Shown: positions 1-12,110, counted from the first letter of the stretch. The stretch is 64,000 nucleotides of DNA from Rhabdochlamydiaceae bacterium (GCA_047459655.1 JAJREF010000005.1:32001-96000), one strand, 5' to 3'. Notes: a model not told the origin generated them from the letters alone. A program made the numbers and translations.

Positions 1-571
1 CTTGAGACACTTAGAAAAATACGTTGGCTGCGCACCAGCCGGAAAATAAAATATCCCACTATAGCTAGGGGTAGTAGATAAATAAAACCTGGCAGAAACC
101 ACCCAGAAAAAAGGGTCACTGCCAAGATAAGCACGAAAACGCTGCTCTCTTTTGAGGAGCGAAATAAGGGGCCCCAAAACCTACGGAAACGGCTTTTAGA
201 GGTTTGATAAGCTAGAATTTCTTCAAACTGAGGCTCTTCAAACGACAATCTTGCCGCGTGTACAGCTTCATGCGCTAAAAACTCCTTCTGATCTTTTTGA
301 AAAAGCTTTGTCTTGAAAAAGTGTTTGCGTAATTGAATCTGGGGAATATCCCCTCCAATTATCCACGTAGCCGCCCCCTCCCAAGGAAAGAGATTTTGGT
401 TCGAAAAAAGACAGGAACCCAGTCAATGGAAAAACCAAATAGCTCTTTTGTGACTGGTGAAAGATCCTGCAGCTTCGATTGTGAAGCTATCTCGACTCTT
501 TTGAAAAAAGAAGTTTCATCTTCTGTGGGACCTGGGATGAGTCCTTGTACATAAACTTTAGCAAGATCCAT
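1..571 (-). CDS. Conserved chlamydial-type hypothetical protein with HExxH motif (frameshifted; runs off window start)
   Basis: ORF 359..571 (MDLAKVYVQGLIPGP...) continues after frameshift(s) into a frame reading LAHEAVHAARLSFEEPQFEEILAYQTS. Confidence 0.6.
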
Positions 572-1611
572 GGCTTTTTCTTCGTTTGAAAAACAGTATT
601 GTAAATCCTGCGATGTTAATGAGAGTCATCATCCCAAAGAGAAAGAAGCTGCTTATTGGTTTTTTTCGTAATTCTAACAAGTCTTTTTCTGACCGATTGC
701 TCAAAGAGGGTTTCACTTTCAAACCACGTTCCCTTGAATTGATGACGAGAAAAAATCGCAGGTGTTCCTTTAGGAGCATTGAAATAAAATGCCGGAAATA
801 CAATATCACGATTAGCCCCTTGCCCCCTACTTGCTGTATAAGAGTCTCCTAAAACGATAAAGGTTCTATGCGCTACACGGCTAATCATGGAATTTCGATC
901 GTTTCCAGGGTACTCTTGCTCAATTCTATCCCAATTTTTTTCAATTACATCAAGGCATCTTTTCATAATAGGATGACCTGCCCTTGCGCCAATCAGATTA
1001 TTTGTTGGTACGACAGAAGAGGATAAAAATGTCGTATCAGGCATCTGCATCCCTACATAGAAATCATAGGTGTTATTGAAGAGATCAAATGATTGCATAC
1101 ATTCGACATCGTGATCGATGTAAACGCCCCCTTCTTGATATAAAATTTCATAGCGCAGAAGGTCTGACTTTTCCCCGTAATTTTCTGAATATTTATAACA
1201 CCGCGCCAGCTGTAAAAAATGGAAATCTTGCACTCGGCACTCTTGCATATTTTCGTGAGGAAGAGTTCTTTTTCGGTCTGTCCAAAATTTCACTTTCCAA
1301 TGAGGGTTATGCGTCATCCACGAATGAATATTTTTGACAGATTCTGGTGGAAAAGGTTTAGGTCCGATCCAGATTACATGTAGGACTTTCGGGATATGCA
1401 CATTTTCTGACGGGCTAGCCATGAGGGGAAAATTTTTGTCATACAGTGACTTGAAAAATTGCAGGTTCTCCCGATCCTCTTTTGTTTTTACATAACTCCA
1501 CGCAGGCAGATTCTTGCCCATTAATTCTTCAAAATCCGTCGACTGTTTTTTTACCTCTTGTTTTGAGCATCCGAAGAAAAAAATCACACTAAGTAGCCAA
1601 AGATATCTCAT
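558..1611 (-). CDS. DXD glycosyltransferase (Gly_transf_sug / OCH1-like), lipoprotein-like N-terminus, C-terminal TM anchor; frameshift near 645
   Basis: IPKVLHVIWIG, SDLLRYEILYQEGGVYIDHD; hydrophobic tail LFGMMTLINIAGFTILFF lies in the adjacent frame ending at 558. Confidence 0.8.
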
Positions 1612-2657
1612 ATGCGCCCTCTTCTAAGGAACTGTAAAAAACATACACTCATGAAGATAATGTTCAATACGACAATAGCCATACAGAATAGCAGGTTATT
1701 GGTAACTTTCTGTTCGATTTTCTGCAGAGCACCTTTGGTAGACTTTTCAAAAGCCGCTCTTTCATTCACGCCTCCGGCCCAAGAGTTGGCAAAAAAATGC
1801 TTAGAATAGACGGGTTTTACACCTGTCTTTGCAAAAAAATAGGCAGCCGGCAAAACAATGTCGCGTGTAGAAGTGGATGGCTGCATTTCTTTCATGACAA
1901 GTGTTAAGGCTAGATAAGTTCTTTCTATAACGATCTGCCCTCTAGAAAAGGGGTCTCTTTCTTCATATTTTTTTCCTATTTCATCCCATCTAGATAAAAT
2001 CGTCTCCATGACTTTTTTAATGGCAGGATGACCCGAGATAGCCCCTATGACCCCATTCCCTAGTGTTACCGTATATCCTCCCATGGGAAGGTGTGGCATC
2101 TCAAGCCCACAATATAAATCATACGCTTTGTGAAGCCCATCAAAAGGCTGTAGGCAATTAGCATCATGATCTACATAGACACCGCCCTCATGATAGAGGA
2201 TCTCAAAACGGAGGCAGTCTGACTTCTCTCCCCAGTTTTCCGAAGTCTCATAGCAACTCTTTAGATAAGAAAATGGATACTCTTTGATCAGAATTGTTTC
2301 CATCCCCTTGCAAGGCGCATCTCTTTCTCGATCTGTCCAAAATTTGAACGTCCAGTCGGGGTTTTGAGCCATCCATGTTCTGATATTTTCTACAGATGTA
2401 GGAGGGTATTGTTTTGGTCCTAGCCAAATGAAGTGCACCACTTTAGGGATTCTGACAGAATCTCCTACCACAAGCTGCAGAGATTTTTGAGACTCATAGA
2501 TCTCTTTGAAACGCGCCAGCATTTTCATATCTTCAGGATTGCCCAGATGGTTCCAATGGTGGGTTTTTTTTCCCATGCACAGATCAAACTCATCCATATC
2601 CCCTGCAGAGACAAAAGAAAAAAGCAGGAGAAATACCGCTAAAAAATTAATCATCAT
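1608..2657 (-). CDS. DXD glycosyltransferase (Gly_transf_sug family), tandem paralog of 558..1611
   Basis: IPKVVHFIWLG, SDCLRFEILYHEGGVYVDHD; N-terminal signal and C-terminal TM helix. Confidence 0.85.
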   Translation of the reverse strand: MMINFLAVFLLLFSFVSAGDMDEFDLCMGKKTHHWNHLGNPEDMKMLARFKEIYESQKSLQLVVGDSVRIPKVVHFIWLGPKQYPPTSVENIRTWMAQNPDWTFKFWTDRERDAPCKGMETILIKEYPFSYLKSCYETSENWGEKSDCLRFEILYHEGGVYVDHDANCLQPFDGLHKAYDLYCGLEMPHLPMGGYTVTLGNGVIGAISGHPAIKKVMETILSRWDEIGKKYEERDPFSRGQIVIERTYLALTLVMKEMQPSTSTRDIVLPAAYFFAKTGVKPVYSKHFFANSWAGGVNERAAFEKSTKGALQKIEQKVTNNLLFCMAIVVLNIIFMSVCFLQFLRRGRI

Positions 2658-4345
2658 CCCTTCCTATAAAAGCGATCTCATGTTCGATGTGAGCCGATTT
2701 ATTTTTGATCTGATGGAAAGGAGTGATATCGATTTTTAATCCATCCAAAAATCGCTTGAGCAATTCTTCTCTGGAATAACTATGGATCGCCCGATTAGAG
2801 GAGATTTCAGTTAAGTTAAGAGGAATATTGACCACTTTAGAATGAGGAAAACAAAGACCTACTTTGTGCTTCGTATTTCCTTTTTCCGCCCAACTCGACT
2901 CCAAGGTTTTAGGATTATGAAACTCCATCTTACTCAACCTTTTATCCACATCTTTTTCTATAGAGGGTAAAGTCTACTGTGTTGGGGTATCCCCAGTCTC
3001 CCTCACTACCGCCAAACTGCCAAGCAAGCGCCTTTCCCACCTGCGTGAGGGGAGGCATTTTCTGGGGACTATCTTGCATATAACAATGATTGAGGTTACG
3101 ACCTAAGCGGAGATAAAAACCATACGCTTGAGCCTCTTCCATTGCTTCGATACATGCATTTAAATCGATGCTATCTTTTACAATGATATCATCTACGATG
3201 AAAGCGACATGATCTCCTATCCCGCTATTCAATGCCTGCAAAACAAGTGGCTTGAAATCTTTGCGCGGCTCTTGCCCTTGCTCCAAGAATTTCACCATCG
3301 GGAAACTATCTTTAACTCTTTCATACCCTTGAGAAAACTCGGGCGAGGAAGATCTGTAAATGACACACACCTCCCCCCTATTCTCAACATATTTATAGGT
3401 GGACTCTAAAAGAGCATATAGCTGCATCGGACCATCAAAGGAAAAAACAATCAGGTCCGCCTTGTTTGCTACTACTTTTTTGTCAAAAGAGGGTATACGA
3501 TTATATTTTGGAAGAGCGCGGATATATTCTTGCACAGAAACCTGCTCCTTCCAGCGCATGGCATCATCATTGAGAGGATTAGAGTGATTATAAATGTAGA
3601 AAATATCTTTTTTAATATAGAAAATTTTTTCTCTAGCCATTTCTAACATAGGCATCATCATCGCAACATCACAAGCTGTTGCCAAAAATTTCCCATCCTT
3701 AAAAAAATCTTGCAGCTTAATTTGTTTAAATAAGCCAGCATAAAAAGTTCTGATATGAGAAGTGCTCCACTCATGCTCTCGAAACTTGTTATGATTGATC
3801 ACGTGATTTGGGAGCTTTTTCGAATAACACCCCTTATTGTAAGAAGGGTACTCTCTATATCCTCCATAGGCAAGCCACACATCTGGATTAGCATAGAATG
3901 TATTTAAGCGCTCTAGCACTCGATCGTGAGCTAGCCAGTCATCCCCATCCAAACACACCACAATTTCTTCGTTGGAGCAAGAATGGATCGCATGGTAAAA
4001 ATTTGCCATGGCCCCTTTATTTACCTTATTACGGATGAGCTGAACTTTATCCGCTTTCCCAAATCTGGCAACAATTTCTTGAACCTTATCTGCTGTACCA
4101 TCTGTCGAGCAATCATCTATGTAAATTAACCGGTAGTTATCGTATGTTTGATCAAACACACTCATTAAATTTTTTTCACACCACTTGCTATTATTGAAAG
4201 AAGGCGTGATGATCACAAAAGGCTTCTGCTCAGTGACCAAAAAACTTTTTTCTACTTTTGTAAAACTACGTTTTATCTTCTGTCCAAAAAGACCCCAACC
4301 CAGCCCCACGGCCAAAATAACTAGCAAAAAGACCCGCCTCATCAC
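2647..4345 (-). CDS. GT2 glycosyltransferase with a second C-terminal domain (frameshift near 2950)
   Basis: VIITPSFN, IYIDDCSTDGT, LDGDDWL; ORF 2647..2949 continues the protein. Confidence 0.8.
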
Positions 4346-4475
4346 CCCTTACTCCTACTAAAAAATGACCGAAATGGTATTATTTGTTCCAAGCAGTATA
4401 ACTGTTACTTGTTTAAAATCCAGAGAGATGCTATCAACCTGTTAGATCTAGTGTATTCATAAAAAAAATTACATA

Positions 4476-7027
4476 ATGAAAAAAGCTTTAATCATTGTTG
4501 AGTCTCCTTCAAAAATCAAAACTTTAAAAAAGTTTTTAGGACCACAGTACCATGTTGAATCGTCGGTTGGACATATCCGGGACCTCCCCAAAAAGGGCTT
4601 TGGAATCGATATTGAGAACAATTTCGAACCCACTTATGCCACCCTTGAAGATAAAAAAGAAGTCATACAAAAATTAAAAAAATCAGCCAAAGAATCTTCC
4701 ATTGTCTATCTAGCACCTGACCCCGATAGAGAAGGGGAAGCAATTGCATGGCATATTGCCTCTATCCTTCCTCCTCATACAAAATTCCAGCGTGTTACCT
4801 TCAACGAGATTACCAAAGAAGCGGTTTTATCCGCTCTTGAACATCCACGTAGCATCGATCAGGGACTCGTCGATGCGCAACAAGCAAGACGCCTTCTGGA
4901 TAGAATTGTAGGCTATAAGATCTCCCCTATTCTTACACGCAGAGTGCAAGGATCAAGAGATGGAGGCCTATCCGCAGGGCGGGTCCAATCGGTAGCCTTA
5001 AAACTTGTCGTTGACAGGGAAAAGGAGATCGATGCCTTTACTCCTGTTGAATATTGGAATATCTTCTCTCAGCTGATAGGTAATAAAAACGAAAAGTCAT
5101 TCACAGCTACTCTCTTTTCTGTAGGCGGCAAAAAAATAGAAAAAGAGCCTATCGAAGGAAAAGATGTCTTCCTGATTCCGAATGAAAAAGTAGCAACTGA
5201 CCTAGTTGCAAAACTAAAAAGTGCTATCTATAAAGTAGATACCGTCGATAAAAGAAAAAAAGAGAAACCCTGTTGCGCCCTTTATCACGTCTACACTCCA
5301 ACAAGAGGCAAGCCGCCACTTTGGATTTTCAGCTGTAAGAACAATGCGCGCTGCGCAAGATCTCTATGAAGGTATAGATTTTGGCCAAGACGGCGCAGAA
5401 GGCCTCATTACCTATATGCGTACAGACTCTGTCCGCATTGCTCCTGAAGCAATGACAGGGCTCAGAAAATACATCCTAAAGGAATATGGCCCTAACTTTC
5501 TACCTGAAGAACCCAAACAATATAGCACAAAAAAAAGCGCCCAAGATGCTCACGAAGCCATCCGTCCGACAAGCCTCAGCAGGCCTCCTGATGCCATTAA
5601 AAACTATCTGACACCTGATCAATTTAAACTCTATACCCTCATTTGGCGCCGTTTTGTTGCCTCTCAAATGAATCCTGCGATTTATGACACCGTTTCTTGC
5701 GACATTGTCACTGACAAAAACATGTTGCTAAGAGCCTCTGGCTCAGTCATCAAATTCTCTGGGTTCTTAGCTGTGTATGAAGAGAAACAAGACAGAGAAG
5801 GCGCTCAAGAAAAAGAAGAAGATGAAAGCAAAATTCTTCCTCCTCTTGCTCCAGGACAAGTCCTCTCTCTTTTAAAAGTTACTCCTGAACAATCGTTTAC
5901 AAAACCACCTCCACGCTTTACAGAAGCCTCCCTTGTAAAAGAACTTGAAAAGTCTGGCATTGGTAGACCTTCAACCTTTGCTTCTATTATGCAGAAAATT
6001 CAAAGTAGAGACTACACCGTTAAAGAAAAAGGAACACTGCGGCCCACAGAACTAGGAAAAGTGATTGCCAAAATGCTAGAAGATAGCTTCAAGCTAATCA
6101 TGGACATCGGCTTCACAGCCACCATGGAAGATAACCTGGAGCTCATCGCTGAAAATAAACTCCCCTGGAAAGAGCTAATTTCAGAGTTTTGGAAAGAATT
6201 CATCCCCACTGTTCAAATTGCTGAAAAAGAAGCCTTTGTTCCTAAAGTTCTTACAGAATTAGACTGCCCGCAGTGTAAACACAAACTCCAAAAAATCTGG
6301 TCTCGTAGATAAATATTTCTACGGATGCTCTAATTATCCAGAGTGTAAGTACACAACCTCGATGGATGCGTTGGACTTTAAAAAAGAAGACTACGCCCCT
6401 AATTTTGATTGGGATCAACCCTGCCCCAAATGCAGCGGTCCCATGCAACTACGCTTCGGAAGATTTGGTGCTTTCCTTGGATGCACAAAATACCCTGAAT
6501 GCAAAGGGATCGTGAACATCTCCAAAAAGGATGACGTCTTAATGGAAGATCTACCCCCATGCCCAGCTATTGGCTGTGATGGGAAGCTTGCTCAAAGGCG
6601 CTCTCGCTTTGGAAAACCTTTTTTCTCCTGTTCCAACTACCCCGATTGCGATGTCATCGTCTCAGACCTCGAAGACCTTCCCAATAAATACATCGATCAT
6701 CCTAAAACACCTTACGTCAAAAAAAGTAAATTTGGGAAAAAAGAAGATAAAGAAAAACCATCCAAAGAAAAGAAAAAGAAAAAATCGACCAGAGTCCAGC
6801 CTGCCTATAAGCTCTCCAAGGACCTCCAAGCCATTGTAGGCGCAGCCTCCCTTTCCCGTCCCGAAGTCACAAAAAAAGTCTGGGAATACATCAAAGCCAA
6901 CAAGCTGCAAGATCCTAAACATAAAAGACTCATCATCCCCGATGCCAAGTTAGCCAAAATCTTTGGCAACAACAAGCCCCTCGACATGATGCAACTAGCC
7001 CGTGTTTTAAATAAACACATCGACTAG
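4476..7027 (+). CDS. topA: DNA topoisomerase I with zinc ribbons and C-terminal SWIB domain (frameshifts near 5260 and 6310)
   Basis: IVESPSK, SVGHIRDLP, DPDREGEAI, SAGRVQS, GLITYMRTDS, AHEAIRP, C4 zinc ribbons, LSRPEVTKKVWEYIKANKLQDP (SWIB). Confidence 0.95.
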
Positions 7028-7030
7028 ATC

Positions 7031-7126
7031 TCATAAAAATGACGATTTTGTCATTTTTTATGGCAAAAAAGTGACAGAATTGTCACTTTTTGTTAAGATA
7101 AAGTGACGGGATTGTCATTAATTGGT
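7031..7126. promoter_or_regulatory. Three TGAC-N6-GTCA palindromes at exact 32-bp period
   Basis: TGAC starts at 7040, 7072 and 7104; the first two have A-tract/T-tract arms; the array ends just before the ATG at 7132. Confidence 0.65.
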
Positions 7127-7131
7127 GGGCT

Positions 7132-8527
7132 ATGCAGCGAAAATTGATGGAAAGGCTAGTTAAATGGAAGGAAGAAAAAGGTCGTAAACCTTTGCTAATA
7201 AAGGGCGTACGCCAAGTTGGGGAAAACCCACCTCCTTAAAGAGTTTGGGGAACACCACTTCTCTCAATGCCATTATTTTAATTTTGAAAAAGAACCTTCT
7301 CTAGCCAAGCTCTTTGAACTCAATCTTGATCCCAAGAGAATCCTCGACGAACTAACCTTCCATGCCAATCGTCCTATCCACATCGGAAAGGATCTTGTCA
7401 TTTTCGATGAAATCCAAGAAATTCCAAAAGCGCTAACGAGCTTAAAGTATTTCCAAGAAGAATGCCCTGAATTGCATCTATGTGGAGCGGGGTCGCTTTT
7501 AGGCCTCCATCTTAACTCTAGCTCTTTTCCTGTAGGGAAGGTGTCTTTTGAAACCCTGAGACCCATGTCTTTTGAAGAGTTCCTCATGGCCAGCAACGAT
7601 AAAGCTCTATCTCTACTCCAAAAGCTGACTGCAAAAGATGCGATTTCAGAGCTTCAACATGCCCATTTATGGCAGCAGCTAAAACACTATTTTATTGTAG
7701 GAGGCCTACCCGAAGCAGTGGCCACATATTGTGAACATAAAGAAACCCTTTTTGAAGCTTTTACACGCGTCAGAAAAAAACAGGATGACCTTCTTAAGTC
7801 TTATTATGCAGACATCGCTAAGCATGCTGGGAAGGTAAACGCTATGCATATTGATAGAATATTTCAATCTGTTCCTATGCAACTTAGCCAGACTCAGAAT
7901 GAATCGATTACACGCTTTAAATTTAAAGGGGTCGTCCCAGGTGTAACGCATTATGACAGGCTTGCTGGAGCAATTGATTGGCTAGAAGCAGCAGGCCTAG
8001 TGATTAAAATTCATATCGTTAATAAGGGGCTCCTTCCTTTTAAAGCTTACGGGAAAGAAAACTGCTTTAAACTACTGCTCTTTGATATTGGCGTTCTTGG
8101 AAGCATGAGCGACCTTGCTCCCAAAACTATTTTAGATGCTGAATACGGAAGCTTCAAAGGCTATTTTGCGGAAAACTTCGTAGCAGAAGAGCTGCTTGCC
8201 CATGGAAGAGAAAATCTATTCAGCTGGCAAGAAAATCTTGCAGAAATAGAATTTTTATTAGAAGTCACAGGAGAACCAATTCCTATCGAAGTTAAGTCAG
8301 GCTTAAATACCAAAGCAAAAAGCTTAAGAATCTTCTTGGAAAAATATAAATCACCTTACGGCGTTATTTTTAGCGGCCAGCCTTTACATACTCGCTCGAA
8401 TATTCATCACTATCCACTATATCTAGCTGGGAAGGTCCCTCTTTCTTCAGCAATTGCGAATGAACCAAGCTTGATTCGTAAAAAAGCGCACACATTATTT
8501 GATAGCTATATCGGAAATAATTTTTAA
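7132..8527 (+). CDS. AAA_14 ATPase with DUF4143 / PD-(D/E)XK-like C-terminal domain (frameshift at the GGGG run near 7220)
   Basis: MQRKLMERLVKWKEEKGRKPLLIKGVRQVG|KT (Walker A), IFDEIQ (Walker B), GGLPEAV, EIEF...PIEVKSG. Confidence 0.85.
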
Positions 8528-8616
8528 AGGATGTTAAAAAAACAACTTGCAACAAAAATTGTATACACGCTAGATTCTCTGAATCATTCGGTAAGATTTT
8601 TTTTGCGGAGGCAATC

Positions 8617-10665
8617 ATGTTTCAGCTTCCTAAGTTCTTCACTAACTTTATTCTCTTATTTACCCTCTTCACCGTTCTTGTTTATCCTCAAGGGCATGTT
8701 CCCCTTCAACACTCTGAAATAACTCTAAGAATATTACCTGAGTTTTCTGAGATGACTTACGATGATGTCATGAATCTGCTAGATGACTTCGAAACCGGTG
8801 CTATCGAATACAAATATAGCCGAGAAGATATCGAAAAGGCTATAGATCTAGTCATCATGCTTGCAAGGACAGGTCTTTTACCCGACGAAGATCCTGAAGA
8901 GTTAGAAAGAGATATCCAAGAGCTTTTATACGGGGAAGGTTGTTCTACTCTTCCTGCTCTTTTTTATGGGAAAGGAGATACTGTTTTATGTAAAAATTGG
9001 TTTGTTAAATCCTGCCAAAAGACAGGAAAATTCATTAAAAAGAAAAGAAAGGCCATTATTATTGGGGCAGCTGTTGCTGTAGCCGTTATAACCGTAGTTG
9101 GAATTGCAGCTGCTGCAACAGCAGGAGCTGCGGCAGTGGGATCTGCCGCAGATAACTCCACCTCATCAAAATCAAGCACTTCAACTTCTTCTCCAACTGC
9201 TTCTAATCCAACCTCTACTCTATATACTCAAATAGAAGCTCCAACCATATCTTTTAAAGAAAACATAGCTAGCGAGCATTTTTTTCAACCCTCTTTTTAC
9301 AAAGAAACTTCTCAAGAAAAGGGAAGGGTATTAGGATCCCTTTTTGCTCATGATACTCTTCATCAATTTAGTGATCGATTTGCTTTACAACCCAACTTTG
9401 CGACCAATGAACATGATAAAATCGACCATAAATTTACAACAGACTATACGCAGTTGTATTCAAACTCTAAGAAAGAGCCCGATTTCAATACCCTTGCCTA
9501 TCAGCTTCAAGGAGAAAGAGAGCTATCTTCTGGTCACCTAAACCAAGCCATCTATGACTTCAGCCAAGCCATCGAACGCAATCCCACAAGCCCCCTTCCC
9601 TATCTTGAAAGAGGCGTTGCACATTTTGGGCTGGGGCAATACGACCGCTCCTTAGAAGATTATCATCAGTTTGCAGCTCAAGTAGAAAAAACAGAACCAC
9701 TATCAATCCCCTCCTTCAGCTTAGGCTTTGCAAAAGGCCTTCCAAGCGGCATCTGTGAATCGGGAAAAGGTTTGGCCTTGTTTGTCTCTGATGTCGCTCT
9801 ACACCCCGTTCGCACAGGAGGTCAAGTTTGGGAGTCGCTTAAACTTTTAGCAGACCTTACAAAATCTCAGGAGTGGAGCACTTTAAGTGAGGTGTTAGCC
9901 CCAGAAGTTCATCAACTTGTCAAAGAATGGGATACACTTGACTCTGAAGTAAGAGGGCAACTCGCAGGACATGCCTTTGGCAAATACGGAGCTGACATCC
10001 TCATACCAGGAGCCTTAGCAAAAGCTGTTGCCAAAGGAGCAAAGGGAGCCCAAGAGCTAAGCGCTGTCTACAAAACACTCCAAAATGCTGAAAAAGCGCT
10101 CCTCCTTGAGTCTGCAGCTGAGTTAGGCAGTAGCGCCAAGATCGGAGAAGCTTTAACTACCACGTATAATACGGCTCTTCTTGGAGAGAAGTTAGGGTTT
10201 AGTGTTAAAGAAATGAACCAGCTTAAGCAAGCGGGGCAATTGGAGAGAAGCTTTGGACATATTGCAAATAATCCAGTTCTAATGGAATCTGCTCAGAAAT
10301 TTAAGCAAGCTAAGGAGTTTTTAAAGCCTCATACGAAGCAGTTCATGACAGAAGCTAGGGCTAGAGAACTTTTACATGAGGCGGGGATTCCGACTTTTCC
10401 TAGGCCAGACGGTTTGCCACAAGATTGTTTAATTACTGTTTCAGATAAAGGGGCTGGCATGAAATATATGGACCCAAGCAATAAACATACTTATACAAGA
10501 GTAATGCCAGGACAGCCACATAGTTCATTCCCATACCAACAAAAGCCATATGTGAATCAGAGAGTAAATGGAAAATCCTTAGATAAACATGGCAATATAG
10601 TTCCGAATGATGCACCAGAAGCTCATGTACCCCTTGAAGAATTCATATATAGGAGAATTGATTGA
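8617..10665 (+). CDS. Secreted or membrane TPR protein with polymorphic-toxin-like C-terminal domain
   Basis: N-terminal hydrophobic signal, TM helix, TPRs (AIYDFSQAIERNP..YLERG), Ala/Gly-rich linker, tip RVMPGQPHS...KPYV...NG..LDKHGN..PEAHVPL. Confidence 0.6.
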   Translation: MFQLPKFFTNFILLFTLFTVLVYPQGHVPLQHSEITLRILPEFSEMTYDDVMNLLDDFETGAIEYKYSREDIEKAIDLVIMLARTGLLPDEDPEELERDIQELLYGEGCSTLPALFYGKGDTVLCKNWFVKSCQKTGKFIKKKRKAIIIGAAVAVAVITVVGIAAAATAGAAAVGSAADNSTSSKSSTSTSSPTASNPTSTLYTQIEAPTISFKENIASEHFFQPSFYKETSQEKGRVLGSLFAHDTLHQFSDRFALQPNFATNEHDKIDHKFTTDYTQLYSNSKKEPDFNTLAYQLQGERELSSGHLNQAIYDFSQAIERNPTSPLPYLERGVAHFGLGQYDRSLEDYHQFAAQVEKTEPLSIPSFSLGFAKGLPSGICESGKGLALFVSDVALHPVRTGGQVWESLKLLADLTKSQEWSTLSEVLAPEVHQLVKEWDTLDSEVRGQLAGHAFGKYGADILIPGALAKAVAKGAKGAQELSAVYKTLQNAEKALLLESAAELGSSAKIGEALTTTYNTALLGEKLGFSVKEMNQLKQAGQLERSFGHIANNPVLMESAQKFKQAKEFLKPHTKQFMTEARARELLHEAGIPTFPRPDGLPQDCLITVSDKGAGMKYMDPSNKHTYTRVMPGQPHSSFPYQQKPYVNQRVNGKSLDKHGNIVPNDAPEAHVPLEEFIYRRID

Positions 10666-11024
10666 AGCTTACCAACGAAGAAAAGAAGTACACATTAAAT
10701 GAGTACCTCAGGCATATCGTGCATATGACCGATAAAGAATATCAAACAAGAGTATGGATTCACGCGAAAGGTCCGGAATGTCAAGCGTTTGGTGATGCTG
10801 TATGTGATTTTTTTGATATTGGGGATCCTATCTTAGATCAATATAAGGACTTCGGGCTTACAGATAAGCAATACCAATTACTAAAGAAATTCCGAGATGC
10901 TTTTCGCATTTTTTCTGATGATAACGATTTTCCCGAACTATTCATACATACGCCCGAATGGACAAAAATCACAGAAATGGCAAAGGAAGTCCTAAAAGCA
11001 TTCAACTATCAGAAAAAAAGATAA
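10662..11024 (+). CDS. Probable cognate immunity protein
   Basis: 120 aa; start overlaps the toxin stop codon; D.EYQ.RVW and HTPEWTKITEMAKEVL motifs. Confidence 0.55.
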   Translation: MKLTNEEKKYTLNEYLRHIVHMTDKEYQTRVWIHAKGPECQAFGDAVCDFFDIGDPILDQYKDFGLTDKQYQLLKKFRDAFRIFSDDNDFPELFIHTPEWTKITEMAKEVLKAFNYQKKR

Positions 11025-11066
11025 ATTTTTTTAATAGAACAGAAAAAGCGCATGAGCTAACATGCC

Positions 11067-12110
11067 TTGTTCTATAAGGAGAGATCTATGGCAATTGCAA
11101 AATCTACTAGAGCAAAACGCTCAAAAGCAGAAGTAGAAGAAGAGTTTGAGTTTTTAGTGGAAGAGGCGGGCAAGAAAAAAGCTTCCTCTTCGAATAAAAT
11201 TGAAACAGCAGCACAAATAGAAGAAATGGAAGTCAAAAATGCTGTCTCTGGCATTACTGTGGAAATTGTAGCTCAAAAACTATCGCTGCTCAATGTTGAG
11301 ATTTCTAAAACGCTTTCCAATCTCTCTGAAAAAATGACCTCAGAGGCTAATCTCCTCCACTCTTTACAAGAAGCCGTTAACCTCGAGTCAAAAGAACTAA
11401 ACCGCCTTCATGGTATTGATATAGCCGCTACAAACTTGGATCAACTTTTGTCTGATTATCAAGCAAAAAAAGACTCTCTTGGAAGAGAACTTTTACAAAT
11501 TCAGCAAGAAATTGTAGCAACAAGAGAAAATAGCAAAAGGGAAGAAGCTGAATCTTTAGAAGCATTGAAAAAAAATCGAGTAAGAGAACAAGAAGAATAC
11601 GAATACAAAAAAAATCTGGAAAGAAAAAAACTCCAAGATCGTTTTGAAGAAGAGTGCGCATTAAGAGAAAAACAAAATAGAGATGCTCAAGAAACTTTAG
11701 AAAAAACATGGAAAGCAAGAGAAACAGAACTCGAGTTGAAAGAAGAAGAGTTTATCTCACTTAAAAAAGAAGTGGAGCAGTTTCCTTCACGCCTTGCTAC
11801 AGATTGCGCTAAAGTAGCTAAAGAAGTCACTAAGGAAATAGAAGCTAAGTATAGCCAAGAAGTGGCTCAACTCAAACGCGACCTATCTGTAGAAAAACAG
11901 ATCGGAGAACTAAAGATTCACCAATTGGAGGAGCTACTTGCCAATCAGCAAACCCAAATTACAATACTCCAGGCCCAACTAGAAGAAGCTAAAAAACAAG
12001 TCCAAGATATTGCTGTCAAAGCCATCGAAGGAGCATCTGGATCAAGGGCTCTATCCCATATTAATCAAATTGCAATAGAACAAGCTAAGAACCGTACATC
12101 TAACACTTAA
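11067..12110 (+). CDS. Coiled-coil hypothetical protein
   Basis: E/K-rich heptads; C-terminus VQDIAVKAIEGASG; probable start is the ATG at 11088. Confidence 0.7.
   Translation: MFYKERSMAIAKSTRAKRSKAEVEEEFEFLVEEAGKKKASSSNKIETAAQIEEMEVKNAVSGITVEIVAQKLSLLNVEISKTLSNLSEKMTSEANLLHSLQEAVNLESKELNRLHGIDIAATNLDQLLSDYQAKKDSLGRELLQIQQEIVATRENSKREEAESLEALKKNRVREQEEYEYKKNLERKKLQDRFEEECALREKQNRDAQETLEKTWKARETELELKEEEFISLKKEVEQFPSRLATDCAKVAKEVTKEIEAKYSQEVAQLKRDLSVEKQIGELKIHQLEELLANQQTQITILQAQLEEAKKQVQDIAVKAIEGASGSRALSHINQIAIEQAKNRTSNT

Noticed and set aside
6760..7027. SWIB domain on TopA as a novelty
   Set aside because: A known feature of chlamydial topoisomerase I.
7031..7126. CRISPR array
   Set aside because: Only three degenerate units with no unique 30-40 bp spacers, and no cas genes in the window.
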